Shown here one piece after another: positions 9,726-20,739 of a stretch of 64,000 bases of DNA. This stretch comes from a virus. The stretch spans positions 26,622-90,621 of the IMG/VR virus record IMGVR_UViG_3300023110_002336. The stretch is one strand, 5' to 3'. The position numbers were made by a program, and so were the translations under genes. The number at the start of each line of letters is the position of its first letter. Position 1 is the first letter of the stretch. The notes beneath the pieces are model-generated. The model had not been told where the DNA came from, searched no databases, and worked only from the letters and a program-made list of their open reading frames with translations.

Positions 9726-11133
9726 AATCTTCTACTCTGAATAGGAATTTCTGGTCTTGCTCAAGCCAGCTTTGGCGTTGAGAGTCATAGAACGCAAGCT
9801 TGATGCCATACTCATAGCCGGGCTCAAGCAAGGACATATCAAGGTTGAAATAATTTCCTGAGACATCGTAAGAAAGGAGTGTTTGAAGTTCTGATCCTGT
9901 GCCGTGTGGAATAGCATTGTAACCATCTAAGACTCTATAAACTCTGTATGATGCGCTAGGAATAATAGTATTTTCTATTTCACTTGACGCTACTGTGTAA
10001 ATAGTTGGGGACCAGTTTTTGCTTCGGACATAAACGTTGAAGCGTGCTTCCTCTTCAGAGAAGTATTTGTTTCTAAGATTCTTGATCTTTGTGATGTAAC
10101 GGTTGTTACCAGTTGATACAGCAGCAGCACCGAAGGTTTGAGGAGAAATTGTTCCCGTAAAGTATTCAGTGCCCTCAGAATACCAAACATCACGTAAGGT
10201 TGTGTAGGTTCCTGTGATACAAACTGAGCAAGAGTATATGCCTGTTGACACATAGCCGCCTGTTGCTGGTGTGTTGATTTCTTGCGTTAATGCGGTGCCG
10301 CCGAGGGTCTGGTAAAGATCGACGTAGATTTCTCCTGTGCCAATCGCTGGGATGTTGGTCAATTGGCCACGAACGTAGTTGTAAAGATAGAGTGTGTTGA
10401 GGTTGTCTGCTGCTGGTGCGAGAGAAGAAGACATGTAGAAGTCGCCTCTATCATCTTGTGTTGAAGAGTTCCAACGAGCTTCGATTACAGGCTTCTTGAA
10501 GAAGTATTGTGTGCCTCTCGCAAAGAAGCGCTTGGTGTAATACGATGTTGTGTCGCTTTCTACTGAGGAAGTAAGTCTTATACCGATACCATAGTTGTCT
10601 TTTGTGCCATCGATCCATTGTTCAACAAGATCAGAAATGTCTATTTCTAAATCCTCCAAACCGCTATCAAAAGTCTGAGTAAACACAGGAGTTTCATGAT
10701 AATCACCACCAGCCGAACTCCATGCAGTGGTAGTAGATGCTGAAACCCAGTTTGATTTACCAATGTCTTTGTAGTTCTCCAAATCTAAACCATCGCCCTC
10801 ATTCCAAGCTCTTGAAATTGCTTGTGCTACTACTGTGAAGTTTTTTGGGACAGTCTGAGAAGTTTCAGCATTGTATAGACGCAAGTAAAAACTCACACTG
10901 CCAGAAGCAGGAATTACACCGGCTGTTCTATCTGAAGATATTGTAGATACGCTGAATTGGGTAAGAACGCGAGAGAGTTCCGAAGAAGTCAAAGAAGCGC
11001 GTCCATAAATTGAAAAAACTTCACTAACATCTGCCTGACCCATGTTTGAGCCAGTTGCTCTTACTCCTAGCCCATCTTTGAAGGCATTTGTAATTGTATT
11101 ATCGGCACTTGCCACATAACGTCTAATAGCCAT
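9715..11133 (-). CDS. Virion/baseplate-associated protein, DNRLRE-like beta domain
   Basis: 472 aa; motifs YLRLYN..AWNEG.G.D and EIDISDLVEQWIDG..NYG; lies in the baseplate operon. Confidence 0.6.
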   Translation of the reverse strand: MAIRRYVASADNTITNAFKDGLGVRATGSNMGQADVSEVFSIYGRASLTSSELSRVLTQFSVSTISSDRTAGVIPASGSVSFYLRLYNAETSQTVPKNFTVVAQAISRAWNEGDGLDLENYKDIGKSNWVSASTTTAWSSAGGDYHETPVFTQTFDSGLEDLEIDISDLVEQWIDGTKDNYGIGIRLTSSVESDTTSYYTKRFFARGTQYFFKKPVIEARWNSSTQDDRGDFYMSSSLAPAADNLNTLYLYNYVRGQLTNIPAIGTGEIYVDLYQTLGGTALTQEINTPATGGYVSTGIYSCSVCITGTYTTLRDVWYSEGTEYFTGTISPQTFGAAAVSTGNNRYITKIKNLRNKYFSEEEARFNVYVRSKNWSPTIYTVASSEIENTIIPSASYRVYRVLDGYNAIPHGTGSELQTLLSYDVSGNYFNLDMSLLEPGYEYGIKLAFYDSQRQSWLEQDQKFLFRVEDYEY

Positions 11134-12929
11134 TATCTTAACTTACCTTTGATGTCTACTTGGGGAAACTTAATTTCAAATATTGCATTCTTTGGGCAAA
11201 CCAAAGAATCTCCATCTGGTGACATATTTTCTGCTATTGAGAAAAATACGTTAGAATAATTTGATGATGTTTTATTTACAAACTGAACTTTAACAACATC
11301 ATTAACACCGGGCACGTTGTTCAAGACATTGAAAATTTTTGAGACTGAAAGAGGCTCGCCTACAAAGAGTGGTGTTGAAAACTCATTTGCTAATGCAGCT
11401 ACACAGTTATTTAGGACATCAAATTTATTTGCATTCATCTCTGGTTTAATCACAAAATTAATTCCAAGATTGATGATAAATGTGTCAAGAACATCAACTG
11501 TATCATTAATCATCCGATAATGATTAAGCCAAGTTTTTATATTTTCTTTAATTGTGTTATTTGTCTGTTCGAGTTTGCCTTCTGGATTTTCTGATATGAC
11601 ATACACATTAAGATTTCTTTTTTGTGAATCTGGATCCTTTTGAACTGAGCAACGCTTAATCGACCCAAAGCTAGATGGCATTCTATAAACTAGATTTTCA
11701 TAATCTCTTTGAGTTACGGCTCTGTTCTGAGTTGGAAATGTGTCATAAATTCTTTGTTTTATTTCTGCCGAACTGGGATTGGATACGTTTCCGGCAATTG
11801 GTGTTTCGTTATTTACTTCAAGGGAGGATCTAACTGATTGCACAACTGGTGCCGAAAGCACCGAAACATCTTCAAACTCTAGTATCCTGTTCCCTACTGT
11901 GTTAATTGAATTTGCTGCAACATTGGCGTTTGTTGGATTTGTTTGTCTATACAAAATTGTCAATGTTGTGTTTTGTGGAACTATACCATAATATTTATTT
12001 GATACTAGAGTGCTAGGATCAAAAGAAGTGTCTGTAACGTAAGACTTGCCAAATACATCTATAGCAAGACTTTGCGGCTCTGCCACAACATCACCTGCGT
12101 ATTCGTCCCCGCTACCAAACTGTAAAGAGACACCGTTGTTATCAAAAACAGTTACAAACTTTCGATTGACAAGAAGTGGCTTTAAGACAGATGGCACATT
12201 ATCATTTTTATAATTTTTATTTGTTAGTTTTTTAAATATCGTATCTTGAGAAAGATTTTCAACTTCAAAGTATTCATTACCGTCTGAATCTAAAACACTG
12301 ATTATTTCTGATACATTTAACTCTGATAACTGAACCCTTCTAAACCTCTGAAACGCACCAATTTCTACCGTCTCAGTGTTGAAAAACCCAGATACCACTT
12401 TTCCATATGACTTAATGGCGTAAAAAGTTGGAGCGCCTGTAGTTGGCTCTGTTCTAGCTACCACTATTGGGTTCGTGGTTTTTGCCATGTCTACATCATC
12501 AGTCAAAACAAATCCTAAGCCATTTGCAGAAGAAAAAGTTGTGCCTCGCTTTATGATTGGTATATATCTGTTGTCCGGACCTATACCACTTGTTGAGGCT
12601 GGGACTAGAACATAGATAGCAACCGTACCGTATGTCGAAGGGCGTCCTGAGTTTTTGTATCCCATTATTCTGCCATGGCGAATAATGTTGTTTAACTGAT
12701 AGGAGGTATCTAGAAATGACTCATTAACATTGTAATCTAGATAAAAAGAAAGCTGGTCACCAACATAAGCAACTGCATCCAGCATCATAGAGCCGAAAGA
12801 AGCCTCGCTAAAATCTTGAAATGTATCGGGATAGAATCGTTCTGCTATCTGATTCAAATCCTCTCTAATGCTCCCATAATCTCTATTAGTATAGTTTATA
12901 GAGGGCGTTTTGTTGTTATGCTTTGGCAT
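11133..12929 (-). CDS. Baseplate wedge subunit (T4 gp6/baseplate J-like)
   Basis: Motifs YTNRDYGSIR, DFSEAS.G.MMLD.VAYVGD.LSFYLD..NESFLDT and QNRAVT.RDYE. Confidence 0.85.
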   Translation of the reverse strand: MPKHNNKTPSINYTNRDYGSIREDLNQIAERFYPDTFQDFSEASFGSMMLDAVAYVGDQLSFYLDYNVNESFLDTSYQLNNIIRHGRIMGYKNSGRPSTYGTVAIYVLVPASTSGIGPDNRYIPIIKRGTTFSSANGLGFVLTDDVDMAKTTNPIVVARTEPTTGAPTFYAIKSYGKVVSGFFNTETVEIGAFQRFRRVQLSELNVSEIISVLDSDGNEYFEVENLSQDTIFKKLTNKNYKNDNVPSVLKPLLVNRKFVTVFDNNGVSLQFGSGDEYAGDVVAEPQSLAIDVFGKSYVTDTSFDPSTLVSNKYYGIVPQNTTLTILYRQTNPTNANVAANSINTVGNRILEFEDVSVLSAPVVQSVRSSLEVNNETPIAGNVSNPSSAEIKQRIYDTFPTQNRAVTQRDYENLVYRMPSSFGSIKRCSVQKDPDSQKRNLNVYVISENPEGKLEQTNNTIKENIKTWLNHYRMINDTVDVLDTFIINLGINFVIKPEMNANKFDVLNNCVAALANEFSTPLFVGEPLSVSKIFNVLNNVPGVNDVVKVQFVNKTSSNYSNVFFSIAENMSPDGDSLVCPKNAIFEIKFPQVDIKGKLR

Positions 12930-12944
12930 TCAGTTTACCTCAAC

Positions 12945-13313
12945 TTAAATAGTGAACTCCAGCAAATCTCTTGCAGCGATGTCAGGTATAATATATTCTA
13001 TTCTTAAGCCCAGACTGTTGTTTTCTATTTCCGCTACACCAAACTCAATGCTTGTTATCTCAATAACTGGTAAATATCTCTGTGTCTGATCTTTGATTCT
13101 TGAGTCTATTCTTGCGTAAACATCACTTTGAAAATTCTCGAATAAAAATAATTTTATTCCTACACCAAATTCTGGATCCATTACTCTCTCACCGGGATTT
13201 GTCAAAATTAACATTTTGAAATTTTGTTTAATAAGAGTTTTTAAAGTTTTTATCGATGTATAGCCATCTCCAGAATCCAAAGTAAGTGGAAGTTTAGGTG
13301 CCAAAGAAGCCAT
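12945..13313 (-). CDS. Baseplate gp25-like (GPW/gp25) protein
   Basis: 122 aa; LILTNPGERVMDPEFGVGI signature. Confidence 0.9.
   Translation of the reverse strand: MASLAPKLPLTLDSGDGYTSIKTLKTLIKQNFKMLILTNPGERVMDPEFGVGIKLFLFENFQSDVYARIDSRIKDQTQRYLPVIEITSIEFGVAEIENNSLGLRIEYIIPDIAARDLLEFTI
12946..12953 (-). promoter_or_regulatory. CTANTTA motif (putative phage late promoter), representative copy
   Basis: ACTATTTA 16 nt upstream of the baseplate wedge ATG; at least 15 further copies precede starts (see findings). Confidence 0.55.
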
Positions 13314-13334
13314 TAATTGTCCCTCACTTTATAA

Positions 13335-16300
13335 TTAGTCATCTTCTTTTCTCTCGCATAGTTGACCCTTGGCGTTAAATGGGTTACTGGTGCGACGATG
13401 CCACCAAGGCACAGTTCTCGCACCGGGAGCAAACTTAAATTTTTCTTTTAGATTTTGTATAGCGACCTGAGCACCAGTGGCATCTGGCTTCTCTTGCTTA
13501 CCAAATTCTCTAGAATAATAATATGATTTAAACATCTTCTTGAGGACAGTATCTGATTTTCGTAATGTCTCTTTTGACCACTCGTCCCAAGTAAGAACAA
13601 ACGGACTGAAACCTCCGCGCTCAGCCCTTGGTAACCAGCCGGGAGCACTTACAGAAGTTGTACCATCTTCTTCAACAGCCATACCCGGCTTATTAGTATT
13701 AGATGCAGTTCCATCACCAATTTCCCCACTCTTTTTGGCTCCACTGGTAAGTTCTCCAATAGAATTTAGATATGACACATCGTTGTAAATTGCAATTGCA
13801 GATAGAATCTGCTTGACTGGAATTGCATATTCCATAAATAATTTGTAATTTGGGTCGTCTATTAACTTGTTGATTAGGCAGAGCAGTTCTTTGCTGTTAC
13901 CCTCAAGTCCTTTGAGCAAGTTCAGAGGCAAGTCTAGTACATCAATTTCAGCAGTTGCTATCACGTCGCCAGAAGTAGTTGAGAACTCCAAACCATAGCG
14001 TAGACCAAGTTCACCTTGAAGACCAACGATAGGTCTACCGGGCGCATCAGGATCAAGTGCTACGCTTCCTTCTCTTGTCTTCTGTCCGTCATAGACATAC
14101 TGAAGAGTACCGGGATAAACTTCGGATACTAATCTATCTCCACCATCATTTCTTATTTGTTTTATAAGTTCGGTAGAATATTCTTCTGGTGCTCCAAGAT
14201 TCCTTCTAATGTACTTTCTGATCTTGAACGGAGCAGTTGGATCTCCACTTGCGCCGTCTATATCTCCAATTGGAACTATCACCTTGTTTGCGAATGGTCT
14301 CAAAAGCCTATCGTCGTCGCCGTGCTCTTCACCAACCATAAAGACCAGATCGCCTTCATCATCTTCCATAGCGTGGTAGTATCCAACGTATGGCGTTCCA
14401 TCTTCTAGAGCAAACTCGTCGCCGTCTGTGTAATCTGATTGACCAGCCGTGATTGGGGAAGCAACTTCTTCTCTCAATTCTTGATTCAGTTTTAACTGTG
14501 AGCCATATGTTAGTTCTGTCAATATATGATAGTGGATGTTAGTCACATAGTTATTCTTATCTATGAATTTTTCTTCAACCATGTTCTTATAAAATACGTT
14601 TGAAATAAAATTGACTTCTTCAATCATAAACTCTTTTAGTATTATTTTACAATCATCTTCTACAGATTTAACAGCAGCAAGATTTTCGTCTTCTCTATAC
14701 TGTGTAAGACCTTGGAGTAATGGTGCTTCTCCAAGTTTTTTAGCGTTCTTTAGATCTTTGCGATTAGGATACTTGTATCTGTTCTGGGCAGCAGCGATTC
14801 TCTCTAAAGCACTCTCAACATCTGTTGGTATATCTATAATTGAACCAGACTGTATTTTATTGAAATACGTTTGAACAGCTTGCTCCAAGAATGCATACCA
14901 AAATTCATCGTCTTTGAAAGGATTGAAAAGCTCAGCCAATTGACCTTGAGAGTCTTTCATATTCTTTTCCATATCCTCAAGAATAAAGGAGGCGTAAACT
15001 GAACTCAAAGTTGTATTAAAATCTGGTTTGAACATTGCAAAAGTATTGATTGTCTTAAGAAAGTGCATTGAAGCATAAATTCTACAAGCAGCGGAAATAG
15101 CTCCCTCAATACCAGCCTTTGATGATCGTCCAAGCACACGGTCAAAGGGTCTTTCTACAATACAATCAGGGTCGCCTGCTAATCTCGGATCATCAGGATA
15201 ATTGTTGTAACTTGTTGAGATCTTTGATGCTATGTCTCCAAAATCTACAAGATCTGTTCTGTATGGTTTACAAGGACTTAATTCAGGGAACATAACATTC
15301 ACAAGACCCAATATTCCTTCTGCATCAACTGGTTTAACGTATACTTTTGGATTGGTGTATGTTCCACCAAATTGTGCCGGGTCGAGATAAAATACCCTCG
15401 CATTATCTCCATTTTCATACTGGTCTCGACTCAAGCCCATTACTCCATCAGAATTTCTTAATGGCTGCTCGATGCCGTCTTCATCTGTAAATGTTGCCTC
15501 CGAATATGGTTTAAAGACTCCGTCTTGCTCAACACCGTATTCTGCCAACTCTGAAGTTAAAGAGTCTGGCTTGGCACCGTAGAGGAAAGAGGGATTATCG
15601 TTTGTGAATACTCTATTTCCAAAATTAGAAGCCAAGGTTTGGATTGTGTTTTGCCAATATGACCTCGCGGCGGGAGTGCCTATGTCAAGGATATCTGAAA
15701 CCATTAGAACCAATGGAGATTCATCTGATAGAGTTTGGAATGAAGCCTCAAAATTTGCAAATTTATTTCTATCTCCAGACATTCTACGAGCAGACTGTAA
15801 GAGTTCATCGATTCCAGAATCAATGCCAATAAATTCATAATTTTGATTCTCAATAATCGCGCTATCGGCTACGGGCTTGGCAGGTGCGGTCTCAGAGCCT
15901 TTAGAATTTTGATTATTAATAGTATCTGCAACATCTGCCGATAAATTGCCATAGTTCAGCAATTGAGTAATTTTTACTCTCACATTACTATTTTTTATAT
16001 TTATGCCATTACGAACTTCGCCAAAATAGAACTCGAATCTATCACCAATGCCCATTGAGTCTACAGTTCCATCAGAATTACCGTTACCTGCTCGATTGTC
16101 ACGATAGGTCATTGTAAGTTCTGGAATTGCTTTACGACGACGAGTAATAATGTTATAGCCATCCTCAACTGGTTCTATTCCTATGTTATATCCAAAATCT
16201 GGTAGTGCCGTTATATCATCTTTGCTTTCTACAAATTTTGTCTTTTTAGTTGTGATAGCGTTTGTTGGTTCATTTACGGTTAATTCTCCAGAGTTTATGC

Positions 16301-19300
16301 CCCAATAGGTGTTCTGCCACTCTCCAACATAAACCGGGAAAGCACCTCTTTGGCGCGCGGTCTTTGCATAATTAACGTCTTCGTCTCCGTCTGAACTGTC
16401 CTTATTATCAACATAGAAATCAACATATTTCTTAGCACCAAATATGGCGAACCTATTAACAAGTCTGGCATGGTTAGTAAAAGGTCTTGCCATCGTGTCA
16501 CAAAGAATCATATTGACGTAACCCCAGTTCTTTTCTCCGGGTCCGTTACCTAGCATGTCATACGAATAGGCTATTTTCAAATTATCTAAGTCTGCGGACA
16601 AGCCTGCTGATGCAGCTTGCTGTAATTCTTCCGGCTCATATGGAAACAGCCCATTGTTACAACCGGGATCAGACAATAGCGGCGGAAGGTTATTCATAAT
16701 TGTGGCTGGAATGCCATCTTGTAATACGTTATTAAGGGTCTCAAAATCATCTGTAGGACGAGTACAGAGAGTTGCAATCTGCTCGTCGGATGCTCTTCCT
16801 GCAAGGATTTCTGCACGTAGTGAACAGAACTCTTCTATTTGATCTGGAGTTGCACATAACGTGGGATTAGCCGGAAGATCAAGATTTTCATAAGTTTGAT
16901 TTGCTATGTTATCCAATTCATCTTTGACTTCTGACGGCAAAAGATTGCCGAAATTGGTAAAGAAAGAGCCAATCGCACTTCTATTTGGCATAGCCTCTCT
17001 GAAATCTGGGAACTGGACTTCTATAATTGTGTCAACTATGGATAGGAATTCTTGTGATGGGTTACCAAGTGAAGCATCAATAATTTCTTGTCTTGTTGAT
17101 GATGAAGCAATCGCCTCGTTAAGCTCTAGAACTCTATCTTTATTTGCAAGGTTGGCACCAGCACCACCAAGTGTCTCAAACATGGAAGCAATAGAATTGT
17201 CTACATCTTCATCCGAAGCATTGGGTCCACATATAGATTCTCTTACAATATCTCTAATCGTTGTATTACCTGTAACCAATCCCGGTAGGCTTCCAATAAT
17301 GTTGCCTGCTGTTTCAAGTGCTTTACAGATTGCCTCACCAAGAATCTCACAAATCTTAACCATTAACTTGATTAATATCTCTAGAACTGCTTGAATAATT
17401 GCTTCTTTGATAGCCTCAACTATTCTTTTAATAATTTCTGCAAAATTTATCTTTGGAATAAATAACTTTGGCAAAGCAATATCGCCTATGTTTCGACAGA
17501 ATGGAAGCTCGACATCCTTTAGGAAGTCCATTATACTCGGAGTGAATAGAGGCGGACGAGGACAATCAGCCACAGCAAGAATCTTACTGATAATTTCTGC
17601 ACCGGGAAATTCATTTAGCTTATCTACAAGATCTAACAATCTTCCTGAATAGTACTCAATCAATGCCAAAATGTATGCTTCCATTATGGAGTCAGCAGAG
17701 AATGTCTGTTCTGCTCTTTTTGCTACACTATTGATGGCATCTGCAGCGGGAGTTTGATTGCCGGATATTTGTTGCGGATTATCATATTCGGTTCCCAGCC
17801 TCGGGCGATGACCAAAGTTACTGCTCTGAGCTTCGTAAACACCTGTAGACACAGTTGTTCCCTCATAAGGACCGGGAGTGCGAGAGGCTCTTTCTTGTTC
17901 AAGCAAAACTGGATCTTCAAAGGGTTTTACAAAATTTACATCACCAAACACGCTTGCATCTGCATCAACAGAATTTCTTTCTTGATCTTGTGCTGCTGTT
18001 TGTCTTGTTCCAGCAGATTGTTTTGCCTCTGCCAATTTTCTCTTGACTAAGGCATCTAGTTCAGCTTGCTCTTCTGGTGGTAGCCCAGCAAAAAGGATAC
18101 CAAAATTTTCTATACCCATTGCCTTTAGGGCACTTGTCAAAGCAATTGTGAGGGCTTCTTCTAATTCCAAGCCTCCCCACAAACAGCCAAGAGCGTCAAG
18201 CAAGAAATCAAGAAGACCACAAAGTTTCATTCTATCAAAAGAACTATCCCATAAATCTCTCGCCGCAAACTTGCCACCTAAGCCTGACGCTCCTATGAGC
18301 ATTTCAGCACATAACTGAACAAACACATTTGGGTTTGTTTGTAGTTTTTCAAATGCCTGTTGGGTAGCCATTGCTTTCACAGCATTTCTACTACCCTTAC
18401 TGAAAATTGATTCCTTGCCTTTTTTCTTGCTTCCAAAAATGACAAGTTCCTCTACTGGCTTGTATCTTTCACCAAACTGATCAACTAGATCCTGCTGTTC
18501 TTCGTCATCTCTACACAATTGCTTGTGGAACTGGTATGCCAAAATGTCGCCAATACCCAAGACATCATTAACCAGTTCTTGACCAAGACCCTGTATGTTT
18601 TCTCTGATCTTATCAGCAACACAACTAGAATCGCCCTCTACTATCTCTTCTGCGTCTAGAAAAGCAACAGTAGGGTATGTGTAATCTTGAATAAAATCAA
18701 CAAAGTTTTTTGGATTACGTGCCGTGAGATCTCTTTCCATATCAGCTAATTGTGCGAAGTAAGCCATCGCTGTACGATCTTTGAATACATCGACCCTATT
18801 GAGCGCTGATAATTTATTTCCTTTGAAAACTTTTGGCTTTTCTCTACAGCCTAGCGAGAAGACTGATAACTTCCTTAGTTTAAAGTTTTTAGTAAATCCA
18901 AGTTTTAATTTTATAACTCTGTCTTTGCCAAAACCAAAACTACCTGCACCAACAATGTTGAATCCTCTACGATTCAAGAACTTATCCAACTCAATTAGGA
19001 CTCTAGCCATCTCGCTGCTTCTGCCAAATCCAGAGTCACCATATTTATCAATATTAAAAACTGAACGGGTTTCGTCAAACACAAGGCTTGCGCCTTTCAT
19101 GACTGATTCTACTTTGACATACCTAGAGTAAAGATTGATTCCTTTACGAACTCTTGTAAGCAAGACCGGCAACTCTGAGGCTAGGTAAGTAACCTCTATC
19201 GGCTCTCTTTCATCATCCTCTTCGTCGTCATCGTCATCTGCTTCCTCTAAGCCCCCAATGGCATCAAAGGGCACTGAATACAACAGAGATAAAGTAGAGT

Positions 19301-19691
19301 TTGCTCTTGCTTCAAGATCAAAATCTTTGTCAGAATCATAAGTTATTGCTTCACGCAAAGCCTCTATGTTTTCAAAACTGACTGCCTTCTGGTATTCATC
19401 CAGAAACAATTCAATCGCTTCTTCTTTGTAGGTTTCAAACCTGTCTACAATGCCTTCATTACCACCAGTATCATTGTGCGAAGTTTTAACGCCAACTTGA
19501 TATAAACAAAGTTTCTCATTGAGAAATGGTGTGTTTAGGCTTGTTTTCCAATTCTGGACTATTGCTTTTGGATTCGGTTTGCAATCGAGACATACTTTCT
19601 CGATTGGTCCGGGTAGATCTACTTCGCAATCATCAATTAGAAAATCGCCATTTTTATCCTGATAGCGCAGGAAAGGTGAAGGATTTGACAT
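13335..19691 (-). CDS. Very large hypothetical protein, probably virion/baseplate-associated
   Basis: 2118-aa ORF between the gp25-like and spike-like genes; acidic, Cys-sprinkled, helical middle; no recognisable enzyme motif. Confidence 0.6.
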   Translation of the reverse strand: MSNPSPFLRYQDKNGDFLIDDCEVDLPGPIEKVCLDCKPNPKAIVQNWKTSLNTPFLNEKLCLYQVGVKTSHNDTGGNEGIVDRFETYKEEAIELFLDEYQKAVSFENIEALREAITYDSDKDFDLEARANSTLSLLYSVPFDAIGGLEEADDDDDEEDDEREPIEVTYLASELPVLLTRVRKGINLYSRYVKVESVMKGASLVFDETRSVFNIDKYGDSGFGRSSEMARVLIELDKFLNRRGFNIVGAGSFGFGKDRVIKLKLGFTKNFKLRKLSVFSLGCREKPKVFKGNKLSALNRVDVFKDRTAMAYFAQLADMERDLTARNPKNFVDFIQDYTYPTVAFLDAEEIVEGDSSCVADKIRENIQGLGQELVNDVLGIGDILAYQFHKQLCRDDEEQQDLVDQFGERYKPVEELVIFGSKKKGKESIFSKGSRNAVKAMATQQAFEKLQTNPNVFVQLCAEMLIGASGLGGKFAARDLWDSSFDRMKLCGLLDFLLDALGCLWGGLELEEALTIALTSALKAMGIENFGILFAGLPPEEQAELDALVKRKLAEAKQSAGTRQTAAQDQERNSVDADASVFGDVNFVKPFEDPVLLEQERASRTPGPYEGTTVSTGVYEAQSSNFGHRPRLGTEYDNPQQISGNQTPAADAINSVAKRAEQTFSADSIMEAYILALIEYYSGRLLDLVDKLNEFPGAEIISKILAVADCPRPPLFTPSIMDFLKDVELPFCRNIGDIALPKLFIPKINFAEIIKRIVEAIKEAIIQAVLEILIKLMVKICEILGEAICKALETAGNIIGSLPGLVTGNTTIRDIVRESICGPNASDEDVDNSIASMFETLGGAGANLANKDRVLELNEAIASSSTRQEIIDASLGNPSQEFLSIVDTIIEVQFPDFREAMPNRSAIGSFFTNFGNLLPSEVKDELDNIANQTYENLDLPANPTLCATPDQIEEFCSLRAEILAGRASDEQIATLCTRPTDDFETLNNVLQDGIPATIMNNLPPLLSDPGCNNGLFPYEPEELQQAASAGLSADLDNLKIAYSYDMLGNGPGEKNWGYVNMILCDTMARPFTNHARLVNRFAIFGAKKYVDFYVDNKDSSDGDEDVNYAKTARQRGAFPVYVGEWQNTYWGINSGELTVNEPTNAITTKKTKFVESKDDITALPDFGYNIGIEPVEDGYNIITRRRKAIPELTMTYRDNRAGNGNSDGTVDSMGIGDRFEFYFGEVRNGINIKNSNVRVKITQLLNYGNLSADVADTINNQNSKGSETAPAKPVADSAIIENQNYEFIGIDSGIDELLQSARRMSGDRNKFANFEASFQTLSDESPLVLMVSDILDIGTPAARSYWQNTIQTLASNFGNRVFTNDNPSFLYGAKPDSLTSELAEYGVEQDGVFKPYSEATFTDEDGIEQPLRNSDGVMGLSRDQYENGDNARVFYLDPAQFGGTYTNPKVYVKPVDAEGILGLVNVMFPELSPCKPYRTDLVDFGDIASKISTSYNNYPDDPRLAGDPDCIVERPFDRVLGRSSKAGIEGAISAACRIYASMHFLKTINTFAMFKPDFNTTLSSVYASFILEDMEKNMKDSQGQLAELFNPFKDDEFWYAFLEQAVQTYFNKIQSGSIIDIPTDVESALERIAAAQNRYKYPNRKDLKNAKKLGEAPLLQGLTQYREDENLAAVKSVEDDCKIILKEFMIEEVNFISNVFYKNMVEEKFIDKNNYVTNIHYHILTELTYGSQLKLNQELREEVASPITAGQSDYTDGDEFALEDGTPYVGYYHAMEDDEGDLVFMVGEEHGDDDRLLRPFANKVIVPIGDIDGASGDPTAPFKIRKYIRRNLGAPEEYSTELIKQIRNDGGDRLVSEVYPGTLQYVYDGQKTREGSVALDPDAPGRPIVGLQGELGLRYGLEFSTTSGDVIATAEIDVLDLPLNLLKGLEGNSKELLCLINKLIDDPNYKLFMEYAIPVKQILSAIAIYNDVSYLNSIGELTSGAKKSGEIGDGTASNTNKPGMAVEEDGTTSVSAPGWLPRAERGGFSPFVLTWDEWSKETLRKSDTVLKKMFKSYYYSREFGKQEKPDATGAQVAIQNLKEKFKFAPGARTVPWWHRRTSNPFNAKGQLCERKEDD

Positions 19692-19708
19692 TTTATGCTC
19701 TCAAATAA

Positions 19709-20722
19709 TTAGGTTGTCTTGACATTTCTACTTTCGATATAACGAAACCCAATTGGTTGTAAATAATTTATGTCAAATAGTGTGGCATCTATGTTGGCTC
19801 GCCACAAATCTATTGATGTGGTCACTTCTCTTGTGCTGTATAGAGCGAACGCTGCAGATATTAGAGGTCCTGCAATAGCAGGAGGTAAAGAGGCAGCAGC
19901 AGAAATTGCTATATTTAGAAGCTTTTGATTAGCTTTAGTTTTTCTTACAACACCAATGACATCTTGCAACAAGAACATCAAATCTTGAAATGCTTTTACT
20001 AGATTGTTGCCCATACCAACACCTTGTAGCGGATCATACATCTCGTCTTCGCCAAAGAAAGCACCCAAAGTTCCTGCTGCTGGTCGGGGCTCTGTGTTGT
20101 TTCCAGCAATTAGTTCGATAGTAGGAGCAGGAAGCATCTTACCTCCAAGAGAGTTCTTTTCATTAGTGGCTTGCATTCTGCCTGTAACTATTTTAACACC
20201 CTCTCGACCGATGATTCTCACACCATCAGCCTTGATACCAATACCAGAACGTTGTTCCATGTAACCAGATTTGCCCGGATCTATACCAAAGTTTGCATCA
20301 ATATCGGTAAGTTGTGAAATGTAAATTCTTGCAGCATCAGCCTGAAAGCTGTTGTCTGTATTTGTGCCATCATCAGGCTTACCCATAGATTGCCTCCCAA
20401 CCACTAAATCAATTCTATTAGCCCCCATAGCTCCTTTGCCACCGTAACCACTGGCAGTTCCCGTAGGTTTATCTGCTCCAAAAGTTATAAAAGCGCCTTT
20501 GTGCTGGATAACATGTTCGTTTGGGCTCGCTGCATAATAAACGTTAATGTCTAGCTTTTCAGTGTTTAGTAAGCCGCTTAGTCTTGGTACAAGAGGAGAA
20601 CCGCCAGCATCTTTGCTTTCCATATAGTCTTTTACTTCTCTCTGGATTCTTTTTGCCTCTTTACGACGAGTACCAGAAAACTTACTAGGATCTATTATGC
20701 TTTTAGTTCTTGATTGTGCCAT
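19709..20722 (-). CDS. Putative baseplate spike/hub (gp5 C-terminal beta-helix-like) protein
   Basis: Beta-repeat-like DAARIYISQ..GIGIKADGVRIIGREGVKIVTG; gene context. Confidence 0.5.
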   Translation of the reverse strand: MAQSRTKSIIDPSKFSGTRRKEAKRIQREVKDYMESKDAGGSPLVPRLSGLLNTEKLDINVYYAASPNEHVIQHKGAFITFGADKPTGTASGYGGKGAMGANRIDLVVGRQSMGKPDDGTNTDNSFQADAARIYISQLTDIDANFGIDPGKSGYMEQRSGIGIKADGVRIIGREGVKIVTGRMQATNEKNSLGGKMLPAPTIELIAGNNTEPRPAAGTLGAFFGEDEMYDPLQGVGMGNNLVKAFQDLMFLLQDVIGVVRKTKANQKLLNIAISAAASLPPAIAGPLISAAFALYSTREVTTSIDLWRANIDATLFDINYLQPIGFRYIESRNVKTT

Positions 20723-20739
20723 TGTTTTAATCCTTTAAA

